From: an uncultured Gammaproteobacteria bacterium
Lineage (GTDB): Bacteria; Pseudomonadota; Gammaproteobacteria; DRLM01
Reading direction: 5' to 3'
NCBI GenBank assembly: GCA_963729605.1
Contig: CAVSNY010000007.1
Location: 1,342,518-1,406,517, forward strand
DNA length: 64,000 nucleotides
Below, in pieces: positions 1 through 10,179 of the stretch. Below the pieces are notes generated by a model. The model did not search any database and was not told the origin of the DNA. It worked only from the letters and a program-made list of their open reading frames with translations. A program made the position numbers and the translations under genes. Position 1 is the stretch's first letter. Each line of letters opens with the position of its first letter.

Positions 1-876
1 GATCAGCGCATCGCGCGACACCACCACCGCGCGCCGGCCCGTCTCGAGCTCGAGACGGGCCTCCGCCGACATGCCCGGCGTCATCGGCACGCCGCCGTCG
101 GCGAGGCGCACGTGCAGCGTGAAGGTGCGCGCGGCCGGGTCGCTGACGGGCACGACCGCCGTGACGCGGCCGTCGTAGCGCCGTTCGGGGAGCGCATCGA
201 TCTGCACCGACACGGGCGTGCCTTTGGCGATGCGCGGGAAATAGGCCTGCGGCGCCTGAAAATCGAGGCGCAGGCCGTCGAGGGCGACGAGCTCCACCAC
301 CGGCGTGCCGGGCTCGATCCATTCGCCGGCCTCGGTGAGCTTGCGGCTCACCACCCCCGCGAACGGCGCCGGCAGGCGGTGGCGCTCGACGAGTTCGGCC
401 TGGTGCTGCCGTTCGGCCTCCAGCCGCGCCGCGGCCGCGGTCGCGACGCGCACCTCGGCCTCGCGCGACAAGAGCTCGGTCTGCGCGATGCTGTGGCCGC
501 CTTCGAGGCGCTTGACCTCGTCGAAGCGGCGGCGCGCATCGGCCAGCCGTTCGGCGGTCTCGCGCGCGGCGGCCTCGCTGCGGCGCAGCTCGAATTCCGC
601 GAGCGTGTCATCCAGCTCCAGCAGCGGCGCGCCCTTGGCGACGCGGTCGCCGGCATCGACGCCGATGGTCTCCACCAGGCCCGCGATCGCGGCCGACACC
701 TGCGCGACCCGCGGCGCGACCACGGTGCCGCTGAGCCGCACGGGATCGATGATGGCCGCGGTCCCGGCGGTCTCGGCCGCGACGAGGGTGGCCGTATCGG
801 GATCCGCCGCCCACGCCGTCACCGACATCCCGAGCGCGAACGCCGTACCGATCGCAGATAGTCTCTTTGCCATCAT
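1..876 (-). CDS. RND efflux periplasmic adaptor (membrane fusion protein), runs off the window start
   Basis: Not in the ORF track. Manual translation from ATG 876: MMAKRLSAIGTAFALG...VRLSGTVVAPRVAQVSAAIAGLVETIGVDAGDRVAKGAPLLELDD, i.e. signal peptide plus lipoyl-like MFP motif. Confidence 0.85.
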   Translation of the reverse strand, partial: MMAKRLSAIGTAFALGMSVTAWAADPDTATLVAAETAGTAAIIDPVRLSGTVVAPRVAQVSAAIAGLVETIGVDAGDRVAKGAPLLELDDTLAEFELRRSEAAARETAERLADARRRFDEVKRLEGGHSIAQTELLSREAEVRVATAAAARLEAERQHQAELVERHRLPAPFAGVVSRKLTEAGEWIEPGTPVVELVALDGLRLDFQAPQAYFPRIAKGTPVSVQIDALPERRYDGRVTAVVPVSDPAARTFTLHVRLADGGVPMTPGMSAEARLELETGRRAVVVSRDALI

Positions 877-1160
877 GAGCTGTAGCACGCCCGCTTGCGG
901 AATATAAACATGCTTGTCGAGACGACAAACGTGAGGCCGAGGATTAAGGGTAGCGATTCCCGCCATGGGTCACAACCACACGGTAATCAATGATTAGGTC
1001 GCGGGCGCGATGGTAGGCGGACATATCCAGTCAATCCGCGTTAATTCACCGATTGAATGACATGCGAGATGCGTTCAATTCCGCCACGGTTCACTGAAGA
1101 TCGATGACGCCAGGCGTCGCGGTACAACCGACAACATTCACATTCCAAGGAGCGCTCACC

Positions 1161-1289
1161 ATGCCCGCAGTGAAACAAGCAGCCCATGCCAAAGGCGATT
1201 TTTTCGTCGATTACGAAGAAAAGTTATTCGAGGACATCGAGGCCGAACCCGGTGAAAAGGCCTTGGTGACTTTTCACACCGTGGCCTTC
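1161..1289 (+). pseudogene. N-terminal fragment of an MSMEG_0572/Sll0783-family nitrogen-starvation protein
   Basis: AAGGAG RBS then [43 protein letters not shown]; similarity stops where the family continues EGSIG. Confidence 0.75.
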
Positions 1290-1347
1290 CCTCACCCTGA
1301 CGGCTGCGCCCCCTCGCCGCGCGCTCCCCTCTCGCGGGAGGGGGAGT
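1289..1347. repeat. REP-like palindromic element (CCCTCACCC...CCCCTCTCGCGGGAGGGGGAG)
   Basis: GC-rich hairpin of the same style as the elements at 2404-2437 and 49829-49859. Confidence 0.5.
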
Positions 1348-1505
1348 CGCTTCGAGGTTTTCGTACCGAATGGGCCGGCTGGGCTTACGCGCTTATTTAA
1401 CTTCCCAATGGAACGGGATTCTCAATGCAGAATGGTTCGCCCGAAATAATCCATCGTCAGGCAGCATCCCACTCGCCGAATTTAAAAATCGATTTTGAGA
1501 AAACC

Positions 1506-2378
1506 CTAAGCACGCTTGCCGATATGCCCCATCCGTCCGCTCTGATAATCGGTGATCGCCTGACGGATTTCGGCCTGGGTGTTCATGACGAAGGGTCCGT
1601 AACCCACCACCGGTTCATTAAGCGGCTGGCCGTTGAGGAAGAGCAGCGTGGTATCTTCCACGGCCTCGACCGCCAGGTGTTCACCTTCGCGTTCCAACAC
1701 CGCCAAATCGGCTTCGCCCGCTTCCTTGCCATCCGCTAAACGAATACGGCCCTTCAGTACGAACAACGCCGTGGTGTCGCCGTCGATCACTTTAAACTCG
1801 GCGCGGTGTCCCGCGTTCAAACGCACATCCCAGATATTCATGCGGGTAAAAGTGCGGGCGGGACCATTGACTCCGTCGTAAGTGCCCGCGATCACCCGAA
1901 TCGCCCCGGCCCCGTTGGGCAGATCCAGATGCGGAATCTGCGCCTGGGTGATGCCCTGATAGCCGGGCGCGGCCATTTTGTCCTTGGCGGGCAGATTCAC
2001 CCAGAGCTGAATCATCTCGAACGGTCCGCCCTGTTTGGCGTAGTTGGGGCCGTGAAACTCTTCGTGCACGATGCCGCCGGCCGCGGTCATCCACTGTACG
2101 TCGCCGGGGCCGATGATGCCGCCGCCGCCCGAGGAGTCGCGGTGTTCCACCTCACCCGAGTACACGATCGTCACCGTCTCGAAACCGCGATGCGGGTGTT
2201 CGCCGACGCCGCGCCGGTGCTGCGAAGGTGGAAACGTGGTCGGCCCCGCGTAATCCAATAGCAGAAACGGCGACATCTCCGCGCTGAGATCGTTGTAAGA
2301 GAAGATGCTGCGCACCGGAAAGCCATCGCCTACCCAATGGCGCTGGTCCTGGCTTTGGATGAAGGACGGTTTTTTCAT
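1506..2378 (-). CDS. Pirin family protein
   Basis: PFLLLD, HPHRGFETVT, QWMTAAGGIVHEE, GPFVMNT motifs; start moved to ATG 2378 (AAGGAG RBS). Confidence 0.95.
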   Translation of the reverse strand: MKKPSFIQSQDQRHWVGDGFPVRSIFSYNDLSAEMSPFLLLDYAGPTTFPPSQHRRGVGEHPHRGFETVTIVYSGEVEHRDSSGGGGIIGPGDVQWMTAAGGIVHEEFHGPNYAKQGGPFEMIQLWVNLPAKDKMAAPGYQGITQAQIPHLDLPNGAGAIRVIAGTYDGVNGPARTFTRMNIWDVRLNAGHRAEFKVIDGDTTALFVLKGRIRLADGKEAGEADLAVLEREGEHLAVEAVEDTTLLFLNGQPLNEPVVGYGPFVMNTQAEIRQAITDYQSGRMGHIGKRA

Positions 2379-2538
2379 TTCAATCTCCTTTGCAGGTGGG
2401 CGCTCAACCCGCCTCTTCCCGCGACGGGAGTGGAGGATGGAGCGTGTTTGCCAATGGTTAATAATGTACGCGCGGCGGAGATAAATTATTAGACGGCATG
2501 AAATGGAATTATTGTTCTGTATTCTGCATAATCCCGCG

Positions 2539-3429
2539 ATGGACCTCAATGAAATCCGGGTGTTTGTCAAAGTCGTTCAGGCCGGCAGTTTCAGTCAGGC
2601 GGCCAAACAGCTCGGCATGCCCAATTCCACGGTGAGCGCGCGGATCTCGGCTCTTGAACGGCGGCTGGGCGTCACGCTGCTGCAGCGCACCACCCGCAAA
2701 TTGCGCCTGACCGAGGCCGGCGAGGCCTATTTTCGTCAGGCTTCGCTCGGCCTCGAAGAAATACTCAAGGCCGAGGCGGAGGTCAGCTCGGCGCAGGGCG
2801 AACCGCAAGGTTTACTGCGCGTCACCGCGCCCATCGACATCGGCAACGACTGCCTGGCCGAATTGCTCTGTACCTTCAGAAAACGACATCCCAAGGTGAG
2901 TATCGAACTCATCTTCACCGACCGCTTGGTGGACTTGGTCGCCGAAGGCGTCGATCTCGCGATCCGCGCCGGCGAACTGCGCGACTCGGGGCTCATCGCC
3001 AAAAAGGTCGGCGCCGCCCATTGGGTGCCGTTCGCGAGTCCCGCCTATCTCGAAAAAGCGGGCACGCCCGTTCATCCGACAGAGCTGCGTCAGCATGCCT
3101 GTCTGCAATTCACGCCGCTGGGCAAAGAGAGTTGGCAACTGGTCGGCGGCAAGAACAAGATTGCCGTTTCTTTGACCAGTCAGGTGTTGGGTAATGATTT
3201 GAACTTGATCAAGGCGCTCGCCCTGGCCGGTCACGGCGTAGCGCTGCTGCCGACCTACGCCTGTCGCGCGGAAGTGAATAACGGTCGCTTGCTGCGCATC
3301 CTCCCCGAGTGGCGCGCCAAGGTCGATCCGATTCACTTGGTGTATCCCGGTCAAAAATTCGTGCCGCCGAAGTTGAGGGCGTTCATTGATACGGCGGTGG
3401 AGGTGTTCGCGCGGGTGTTTAAAGAGTGA
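2539..3429 (+). CDS. LysR-family transcriptional regulator, divergent from pirin
   Basis: MDLNEIRVFVKVVQAGSFSQAA...LLQRTTRKLRLTEAG HTH; substrate-binding domain with DLVAEGVDLAIR. Confidence 0.95.
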   Translation: MDLNEIRVFVKVVQAGSFSQAAKQLGMPNSTVSARISALERRLGVTLLQRTTRKLRLTEAGEAYFRQASLGLEEILKAEAEVSSAQGEPQGLLRVTAPIDIGNDCLAELLCTFRKRHPKVSIELIFTDRLVDLVAEGVDLAIRAGELRDSGLIAKKVGAAHWVPFASPAYLEKAGTPVHPTELRQHACLQFTPLGKESWQLVGGKNKIAVSLTSQVLGNDLNLIKALALAGHGVALLPTYACRAEVNNGRLLRILPEWRAKVDPIHLVYPGQKFVPPKLRAFIDTAVEVFARVFKE

Positions 3430-3445
3430 AGACGAAAGGTCCGGC

Positions 3446-4531
3446 CTATTCCTGGATGTTTTCTTTCGCCCCCTCCGCCTTCAGCGCCGGTTTGATCCAT
3501 TCCGAGAGCAGCGTATAGGCGACGGCGAGGATCACCGGGCCGATGAAGACGCCGATGAAACCGAAGGCCAGCACGCCGCCGAGTACGCCCATGAAGACCA
3601 GCAGCAACGGCAGCGTGCCGCCGCGGCTGATCAGATATGGCTTGACGATATTGTCCACGCCGCTGATCACCACCAGTCCGTAGAAGAACAGGAAGATCGC
3701 CCAACCGGTTTCCCCTTCGGAAAACAGCCACAGCGACGCGGGCACCCACACCAGCGGCGGTCCCACAGGAATGATCGAAAGAAAGAAGGTGAGCAGGCCG
3801 AGCAGCACGGCGCCGGGGATGCCTACGATCCAGAAACCGATCAGGGCGAGGACGGATTGCGCGAGCGCCGTGCCGAGTATGCCGTTGACCACGCGGGACA
3901 CGGTGCCGGCGGTGACTTCGAGCAGGTCCTTGGCCCGCTGTCCCGCCAGGCGTTCCATGACGGCGCGGACCCGCGCGGTGATGGCCGGCCCGTCGCGGTA
4001 AAAGAAAAAGCAGATGATGACGCTGAAGGCGATGAGCACCACGCCGTGCACCAGCGCGCCGCCAGCCTGAATCGCCACGTCTTTTAGCGGCAATTCGTTC
4101 ATGAACTGCCTGAGTTGCAACAGGAGGGTGCCTTGATCCCCTTGTACCACGGTCAGCCACCAGGTTTTTATATAGTCGCCGATCACCGGCAGCGATTCGA
4201 TCCAATCGGGCAGCGCAGGCAGCGGCTGTTCGATGGCGTTGCGCAGCGAGCGCACCATGGCCGTGGCGCTGTCGGCCAGGCTTACGGCCATGACGGCGAA
4301 CGGGGCGACGATGGCGAGCAGGAGCAATACCGTCATGGTGGCGGCGGCGGGGACGGAACGGCCTTTGAGTTCGCGGAGCAGCCATTCGTAGACGGGCCAG
4401 GTGGCGTAAGCCAGAATCGCCGCCCACAGCAGGGAGGCGATGAAAGGACGCAGTACCAGTACACTGCCGATGACCAGCAGGACCACTACGGTTATCCCGG
4501 CTATCATTTCTATACGATGAGCGAGCTGCAA
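3446..4531 (-). CDS. AI-2E family transporter
   Basis: Multi-TM 361 aa protein with DNIVKPYLISRG and GVLAFGFIGVFIGPVILA motifs. Confidence 0.9.
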   Translation of the reverse strand: MQLAHRIEMIAGITVVVLLVIGSVLVLRPFIASLLWAAILAYATWPVYEWLLRELKGRSVPAAATMTVLLLLAIVAPFAVMAVSLADSATAMVRSLRNAIEQPLPALPDWIESLPVIGDYIKTWWLTVVQGDQGTLLLQLRQFMNELPLKDVAIQAGGALVHGVVLIAFSVIICFFFYRDGPAITARVRAVMERLAGQRAKDLLEVTAGTVSRVVNGILGTALAQSVLALIGFWIVGIPGAVLLGLLTFFLSIIPVGPPLVWVPASLWLFSEGETGWAIFLFFYGLVVISGVDNIVKPYLISRGGTLPLLLVFMGVLGGVLAFGFIGVFIGPVILAVAYTLLSEWIKPALKAEGAKENIQE

Positions 4532-5022
4532 CGGTGAATTTCCATGGCGGGGGCTGTAGGAAAAAATTTGTTTTGCGTATTCGCGAGCACGCTACGCCTT
4601 GAGTCGTGTGCTCGTCAAGACTGGCGACGCTGGAATCGACGATTCGGAGCGGAGCCGGAGGCGCTGATGCCGATCATGAGGCAATCGGCCGGCGCGGCGG
4701 CGGGGTTGATCGTCATCGGTTTACCTGGGGCGGGATTGATTCCCCGTGCGTCCAAGCGGATGTGCCGCGCCGGCCTGGCTTGATGACCCGCGGCGGGATC
4801 GGCGGCCATCCGGCGCGGGGGTGGGATGAAAGCTGTTATACTTTTTCCGTAAGGCCAACGGCATGAGCGTGTTTGCCGCGTACCACTCGCCTTATTCGTG
4901 GGCCGCGCGTCATGAGCTTGTCGACCCGCCGCCGCAGCCCGGTCGGAGAACGATCCGGGCGACCCGTCTTTCATCCCGCAAGCAAAATTCGCCACGCCGC
5001 AAACCCCGAGAAAGTGTCCTCC

Positions 5023-5377
5023 ATGGCCGGCAATGATCAGAAAATCCGATTTTTTCGACGGCGCCTCCCGAGCTTCGAGTGCCTCCCCGGTTGTCACGAT
5101 TGCTGCGGACCGGTGACCACGTCCAGCGAGGAAATGTCGCGGCTTCCCGTCAAGAGCGACGCGGAACATGAGGCGGCGCTTGCCGGTCTCACTTGTCCGC
5201 ATCTGGGAGAAAAAGGTTGTCAAGTCTACGCGGAGCGGCCGCTGATCTGCCGCCTGTTCGGGACCATCGCCGCGGCTCGCCTGCCCGCAAGGCAGACGGC
5301 CCGCGGCGATGGTCGACCCGGATCTAGAACGGCAGATTCAAGCGTTTTTCGCGGCGACGCGCCAAGTCTTGGTTTAA
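5023..5377 (+). CDS. YkgJ-family cysteine-cluster (Zn/Fe-chelating) protein with one frameshift near 5266
   Basis: CLPGCHDCCG...CPHLGEKGCQVYAERPLICRLFG; removing one base gives SPRLACPQGRRP...ATRQVLV* ending at 5377. Confidence 0.75.
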
Positions 5378-5583
5378 AGCCGGCGTGCAGTAAAATGCGT
5401 CGTTTGGTCTGCCGGACATGGCCGTGCTCCGCGGGATGGCTAGCTTGATCTCCGCGACGGGTGATTTGCCAATCAGCTCTCATTCTTATTATGAGTTGTC
5501 CGCTACGGTTGGCTTTATAAATGGCGGCGGTGTCTCCATAGCCTGTGTGTCAGCCTGTATTCAATTGGAATTGAAGGGTCATA

Positions 5584-7221
5584 GTGAGTTCGCTACAGAG
5601 CATTAAGAGTCGGATATTGATTTTCACGGTCATGGCCACGCTGATTCCATCGGTGGGCCTGGGTCTGTTTTCGTTTCGGCAAAACGAGGCCTTGATCGCC
5701 GACAACGTGACTCATCAATTGCGTACCCTGGCGAGTGACGCTAGCCGCGAGTTGCGGCGCTGGACCGCCGAGCGCATGCAGGGGGTGCGCGCCTTGGCCG
5801 GTTCCGACGCGGTGCTCGACGGACTGTCCCATCGCGCCGCGCCGCGCTCGGATAGCGCCGCGGAAAACGCGCGGGTGTTGACCCATTATTTGAGCTCGGT
5901 ACAGGAAAAATTGGGTCCCTTGCTGGAACTGACGGTGTTGGATCCCGCCGGCCGGGTGATCGCCAGCAGCGCGCCCGCGCCCGCGCCGGTGAGACTCCCG
6001 GAGAGCTGGCCGTCCACCGCCGCCGGCGAAGGCATGATCATCGTTCCGCCGCATTGGGATGCGCGCCGCGCCGCCGCCACCCTCACCATCGCGGTGCCGG
6101 TATTATCGATCGACAATCAAATAGTGGGGGTGCTGACGGCGGTGCTCGACCTGCGTCCCGCGCAGCCGCTGCTCAAATATTCAACCGGCGCCATTCCCGG
6201 TAATGTCGTTCTACTCGATCGTACCGGCAGGCCGTTGTTGAGTACTTACCACCCCATTAATCCAGCGACGCCGTTGGATCCGCAACTGTTGCAAGAATTG
6301 CGCGAATCCGCGGGCAAGCCCAGCAGCTTTACGGGCTTCGGACGGCGCACGGTGCTCGGACTCATCGAGGCGCCGCGGGACTCGCCGTTTATCGTGCTGG
6401 TGGAAAGGGATTACGCCGAGGTGTATCGAGCATGGACGGTCTTCCGCGATCTGTTTCTGACCTTGGTGATAGGCCTGTCCTTGTTGGTGGGTTTGGTCGC
6501 TTGGCGGATAGGGCGTTCCATCGTCATGCCGTTAAAGCGTTTGACCGTCGCCGCCGACCGCATCGCCGCCGGCGATCTCACCGTAAAGCTGCCCGTGGCG
6601 CAAGAGGATGAAGTCGGTCGTTTGATCCAAGTGTTCAACCGCATGACCGACAACCTGCGCCAAAGCCACGAAGAGTTCGAGGCGGCCAGCCTGGCCTTGC
6701 AGAAACAGAACGCGCTGCTGGAAACCCTGTCGGTCACCGATAGCCTCACGGGATTATTCAATCGCAAGAAGCTCGATGATATTTTGGCCGATCAATTCGC
6801 GCGCTTCAAACGCAATCAGCGTCCCTTCACGGTGCTGATGCTCGACATCGATCACTTCAAGGCGCTCAATGACACCTACGGCCATCTCGCCGGCGATCAG
6901 GTCTTGACCAGCGTGGCGGCGATTCTCGCCAAATCGATACGCAGCGTGGATTACGCGGCGCGCTACGGCGGCGAAGAATTCGTGATCGTTTTGCCGGAGA
7001 CCACCAGCGCGGCCGCGCTGGAGATGGCCGAGCGCATCCGCACCCGGGTGGAGAACGCCGCTTATCCGTTCAATGGGCAAACCATCGCGGTCACCATCAG
7101 CATCGGCGTAGCGCACAGCCGCACCGGCGACGCCACGGCGGACGCGGTGGTCGCGCGCGCCGACCAGGAGTTGTATCAAGCCAAACACGCCGGCCGCAAC
7201 CGGGTGCACAGCGCGCCGTGA
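5584..7221 (+). CDS. Membrane diguanylate cyclase (Cache-like sensor, HAMP, GGDEF)
   Basis: Two TM segments, HAMP (DEVGRLIQVFNRM), DIDHFKALNDTYGH, RYGGEEF. Confidence 0.93.
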   Translation: MSSLQSIKSRILIFTVMATLIPSVGLGLFSFRQNEALIADNVTHQLRTLASDASRELRRWTAERMQGVRALAGSDAVLDGLSHRAAPRSDSAAENARVLTHYLSSVQEKLGPLLELTVLDPAGRVIASSAPAPAPVRLPESWPSTAAGEGMIIVPPHWDARRAAATLTIAVPVLSIDNQIVGVLTAVLDLRPAQPLLKYSTGAIPGNVVLLDRTGRPLLSTYHPINPATPLDPQLLQELRESAGKPSSFTGFGRRTVLGLIEAPRDSPFIVLVERDYAEVYRAWTVFRDLFLTLVIGLSLLVGLVAWRIGRSIVMPLKRLTVAADRIAAGDLTVKLPVAQEDEVGRLIQVFNRMTDNLRQSHEEFEAASLALQKQNALLETLSVTDSLTGLFNRKKLDDILADQFARFKRNQRPFTVLMLDIDHFKALNDTYGHLAGDQVLTSVAAILAKSIRSVDYAARYGGEEFVIVLPETTSAAALEMAERIRTRVENAAYPFNGQTIAVTISIGVAHSRTGDATADAVVARADQELYQAKHAGRNRVHSAP

Positions 7222-7374
7222 TGCGGGTATCGCTCCACGATTTGCGGGAGAGAATCGGGGGAGGGGAGTAAAGCGGGGGAGCCCGATGGAAATCTTCAGT
7301 TAATTCTTCTCTCTCGCTGTGACGTTCGACATCAAGACGCGGCTGTCACTAATGCGACGCACAGAGAACACTAT

Positions 7375-7520
7375 TTCCCTCCCCTTTTTAGGGGGGGCGA
7401 TAGCGCCTCCGAAAGAGACTGGATGGGTTAGGAGGAGGGCGGCGTTTACTTTACCGCTGGCAGGCGAGGCTGCGTGAGCATCCCCATCCCGGCCTTCCGC
7501 CTTCAAGGGGGAAGGAGAAA
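7375..7520. repeat. Inverted pair of REP-like elements between convergent genes
   Basis: TTCCCTCCCCTTTTTAGGGGGGGCG...GGATGGG faces CCCCATCCCGGCCTTCCGCCTTCAAGGGGGAAGGA. Confidence 0.5.
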
Positions 7521-7635
7521 AATTCTGCGGCCTGCAGGCGGTGCGCGGTGTTATGGGCCGCCTTTGAGGTCCCGCCGAATAAGCCCGCGTCGCCGGGGAG
7601 ATAACTTATTGCGGGACTCGCGCATGGACCGCGGC

Positions 7636-8418
7636 CTAGCGCGCCTCGACCAGACCGTTCAACACCCATCCCAAGCTGCCGTCTTCGGTTTGCACCTGCA
7701 ACCATTCGCCCTGGTAAGCGCGGGCGGTCACCGGTGCCGCCTTTTGCAGCACGCCGAGGACGGCGGCGTTGGCGCGCGGCTGGCGGCGCAGATTGCCGTC
7801 CACTTTCATGCGCAGGGCAATCGCGGCCTTGAAGGGTACCTCGGATGTCGCGCGTTTATCCGCGCCGGACCCGTTGCGAAGATCCGCCAGCATGTCGATG
7901 AATTGCCGGGCCTGGGTGGCGAGATCCACGCTGGCGTCGTACTCGCCTTTCGCGAAGGCGGCGGAGGCGCCGTCCAATATCCGCTGCGCCTCGCCCTGCT
8001 GCGCCGCGTCGCGTTCCGCGCCCGGCGTGGAGCGCAGCTTCGCCATGGCGACCTCCACCTGGGCGAGCAGCGACGCGGCGTCGGCCTCGGTGGCGAAACG
8101 GCGCAGTTTCACCTCGGCGCGCGCCGCCTGGCTGGTGGTTTCCTTCAACAGCTTGTCCTGTTCCTGCCGATGTGCGCGCAGATTGCTGATCTCCGCCTCC
8201 TTATCCGCCAAGAGTTGTTGCAAGCGGGCGATTTCGCGTTGCGGTTCTTCACAAGATACCGGCGAGGCGGCGGGTGCGGGGGCCACCGAGGGAATATCCG
8301 GCGCGGGTTGCCGGACGGCGCATCCGGCCAAGCTCAACGCACACAAGGCGAGCATCGCCCACCGCGTGCCATGCCGGCTGAATTTAAAATGTGACTCCGA
8401 CATCTTAATTAACGCCAC
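7636..8418 (-). CDS. Lipoprotein with coiled coil and C-terminal SH3b-like domain
   Basis: Lipobox LAGC; C-terminus NLRRQPRANAAVLGVL...GEWLQVQTEDGSLGWV. Confidence 0.75.
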   Translation of the reverse strand: MALIKMSESHFKFSRHGTRWAMLALCALSLAGCAVRQPAPDIPSVAPAPAASPVSCEEPQREIARLQQLLADKEAEISNLRAHRQEQDKLLKETTSQAARAEVKLRRFATEADAASLLAQVEVAMAKLRSTPGAERDAAQQGEAQRILDGASAAFAKGEYDASVDLATQARQFIDMLADLRNGSGADKRATSEVPFKAAIALRMKVDGNLRRQPRANAAVLGVLQKAAPVTARAYQGEWLQVQTEDGSLGWVLNGLVEAR

Positions 8419-8800
8419 CCGTTTGGGAATTCGCCGTATTCATGTTTAAACCGCCTGCTGTTGAGGATGACGATGGGACTCAGCCGTTTTCAAAAATCGA
8501 GGGGCTTGTTCGGGCGCGCGACGCGCGGGGGATGTATCGACCTTGATCGCATTCGCCACGCATCCGTGCGTTCTTACGCCCGCCTGTTGTGGCAGGCGGG
8601 GCATTGTAGCGCCTGCGACGGAGGCCAGCTAGAGGGCCGCGCGCGGTTGCGGCGCTTGCCGTGGTTGATGCGGCATTCTGACTCAAAGCGCCTAGTCACG
8701 CTAAAATTGCGGTATTGTTCTATCGCTGAATGCGACTACTCTTTGAAGTCAAGAGGACATAAACCCTGTTGGTGGCCCTGCTTGTTGCGGAGTTTGCATA

Positions 8801-9826
8801 ATGAAGATCGCGGTCTTCGATACACATCATTACGATCAGGCGGCGCTGACCGCCGCGAATGAGCGGTTTGGCCATCAACTCGTGTTCTTTGAGGCACGCC
8901 TCAACGACACCACGATGGGATTGGCCGCCGGTTTCGATGCCGTGTGCCCCTTTGTGAATTGCCGGCTCGGCGAAGCCGTGCTTGCGCGGCTGAAGACGCT
9001 GGGCGTCAAACTGGTGACTTTGCGCGCGGCCGGCTACAACGGCATTGATATCGCCGCCGCCGAACGCCTCGGCATCACGATCACGCGCGTGCCGGCCTAT
9101 TCACCTCATGCCGTCGCGGAACATGCCTTTGCCTTGCTGCTATGTCTATTGCGCAAAGTGCATCGCGCCCACGCGCGGGTGCGCGAGCTGAATTTTTCGC
9201 TCGATGGGTTGGAAGGTTTCGATCTATACGGCAAGACGTTTGGATGTGTCGGCGTCGGCCGAATAGGGGCCGCCGCGATCGGCATCGCGCGTGGCTTCGG
9301 TTGCCGCGTACTGGCGTACGATATGATCGAAGATCGGCAGCTCGCGGCACGCCTGGGATTCAGCTACACCTCGCTGGACGAACTGCTCACGCACGCGGAT
9401 GTCGTATCGCTGCACGTTCCATTGACGCCGCAAACTCATCACCTCATAGACTCCGCGGCGTTGGCGCGGATGAAGAGCGGAGCGATAATCATCAATACCA
9501 GCCGGGGCGCCGTGGTCGATACCGAAGCGTTGATCGGCGTCCTGAAATCACGTCACCTCGGCGGTGTCGGACTGGATGTGTATGAGATGGAGGAAAACGT
9601 GTTCTTCAAGGACCTCTCCAATGACGTGCTTTCCGACGACCTGCTCGCGCGGCTGTTGACCTTTCCCAACGTGCTTGTCACGTCACACCAGGGCTTCTTG
9701 ACACACGAGGCGCTCGCCGCCATCGCCGAGACCACTCTTGCGAACGCGCGTGCCTTTGAGCAGGGGCAGACTCTGGCGAATGAGGTGCGTTTGTCCGCTC
9801 CGAGCACGACACCGCCCGCGCCCTGA
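8801..9826 (+). CDS. ldhA: D-lactate dehydrogenase-like 2-hydroxyacid dehydrogenase
   Basis: RVPAYSPHAVAEH, GVGRIG, INTSRG, GLDVYEME, FPNVLVTSHQGFLT. Confidence 0.88.
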   Translation: MKIAVFDTHHYDQAALTAANERFGHQLVFFEARLNDTTMGLAAGFDAVCPFVNCRLGEAVLARLKTLGVKLVTLRAAGYNGIDIAAAERLGITITRVPAYSPHAVAEHAFALLLCLLRKVHRAHARVRELNFSLDGLEGFDLYGKTFGCVGVGRIGAAAIGIARGFGCRVLAYDMIEDRQLAARLGFSYTSLDELLTHADVVSLHVPLTPQTHHLIDSAALARMKSGAIIINTSRGAVVDTEALIGVLKSRHLGGVGLDVYEMEENVFFKDLSNDVLSDDLLARLLTFPNVLVTSHQGFLTHEALAAIAETTLANARAFEQGQTLANEVRLSAPSTTPPAP

Positions 9827-9935
9827 TTGAATCCGGGGCCAGCCGCGAGGCCGGGGTCAGCAGCGTTCCGCGGCCGATCACGCCCCATATCCCCCGTCTT
9901 CCCCCAACCGGCGGCAACAGCTATCACGTCGCCGG

Positions 9936-9963
9936 TTGACAACAAAATGTGTCTGTGTAAAAT
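9936..9963 (+). promoter_or_regulatory. Sigma70 promoter for the TonB receptor
   Basis: TTGACA(9936)-N16-TAAAAT(9958). Confidence 0.65.
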
Positions 9964-9980
9964 CGGCGGTCGTTACAAAT

Positions 9981-9999
9981 GATAATGATTCGCATTTTT
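9981..9999 (+). promoter_or_regulatory. Fur box
   Basis: GATAATGATTCGCATTTTT, 14/19 match to GATAATGATAATCATTATC, upstream of iron-uptake genes. Confidence 0.75.
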
Positions 10000-10179
10000 T
10001 TAAGCGTTTAGTTAAAACGGGGTGAATAGGTGTCCGCACCTTTTCCGCCAGGGGAATATATCTATTGAATTAATACCCCTGTCGTGACCGGAGTCCGGCG
10101 GCCGGCCATTCCGTCGCCGCGGCCCGTCACCCACCGAGTCGCAACCACAAAAACCTCTGATCTGTAAGGAACCGAAAGC

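Noticed and set aside
2508-2532. LysR operator ATTAT-N15-ATAAT
   Set aside because: Plausible position but too short and degenerate to support, and ordinary if real
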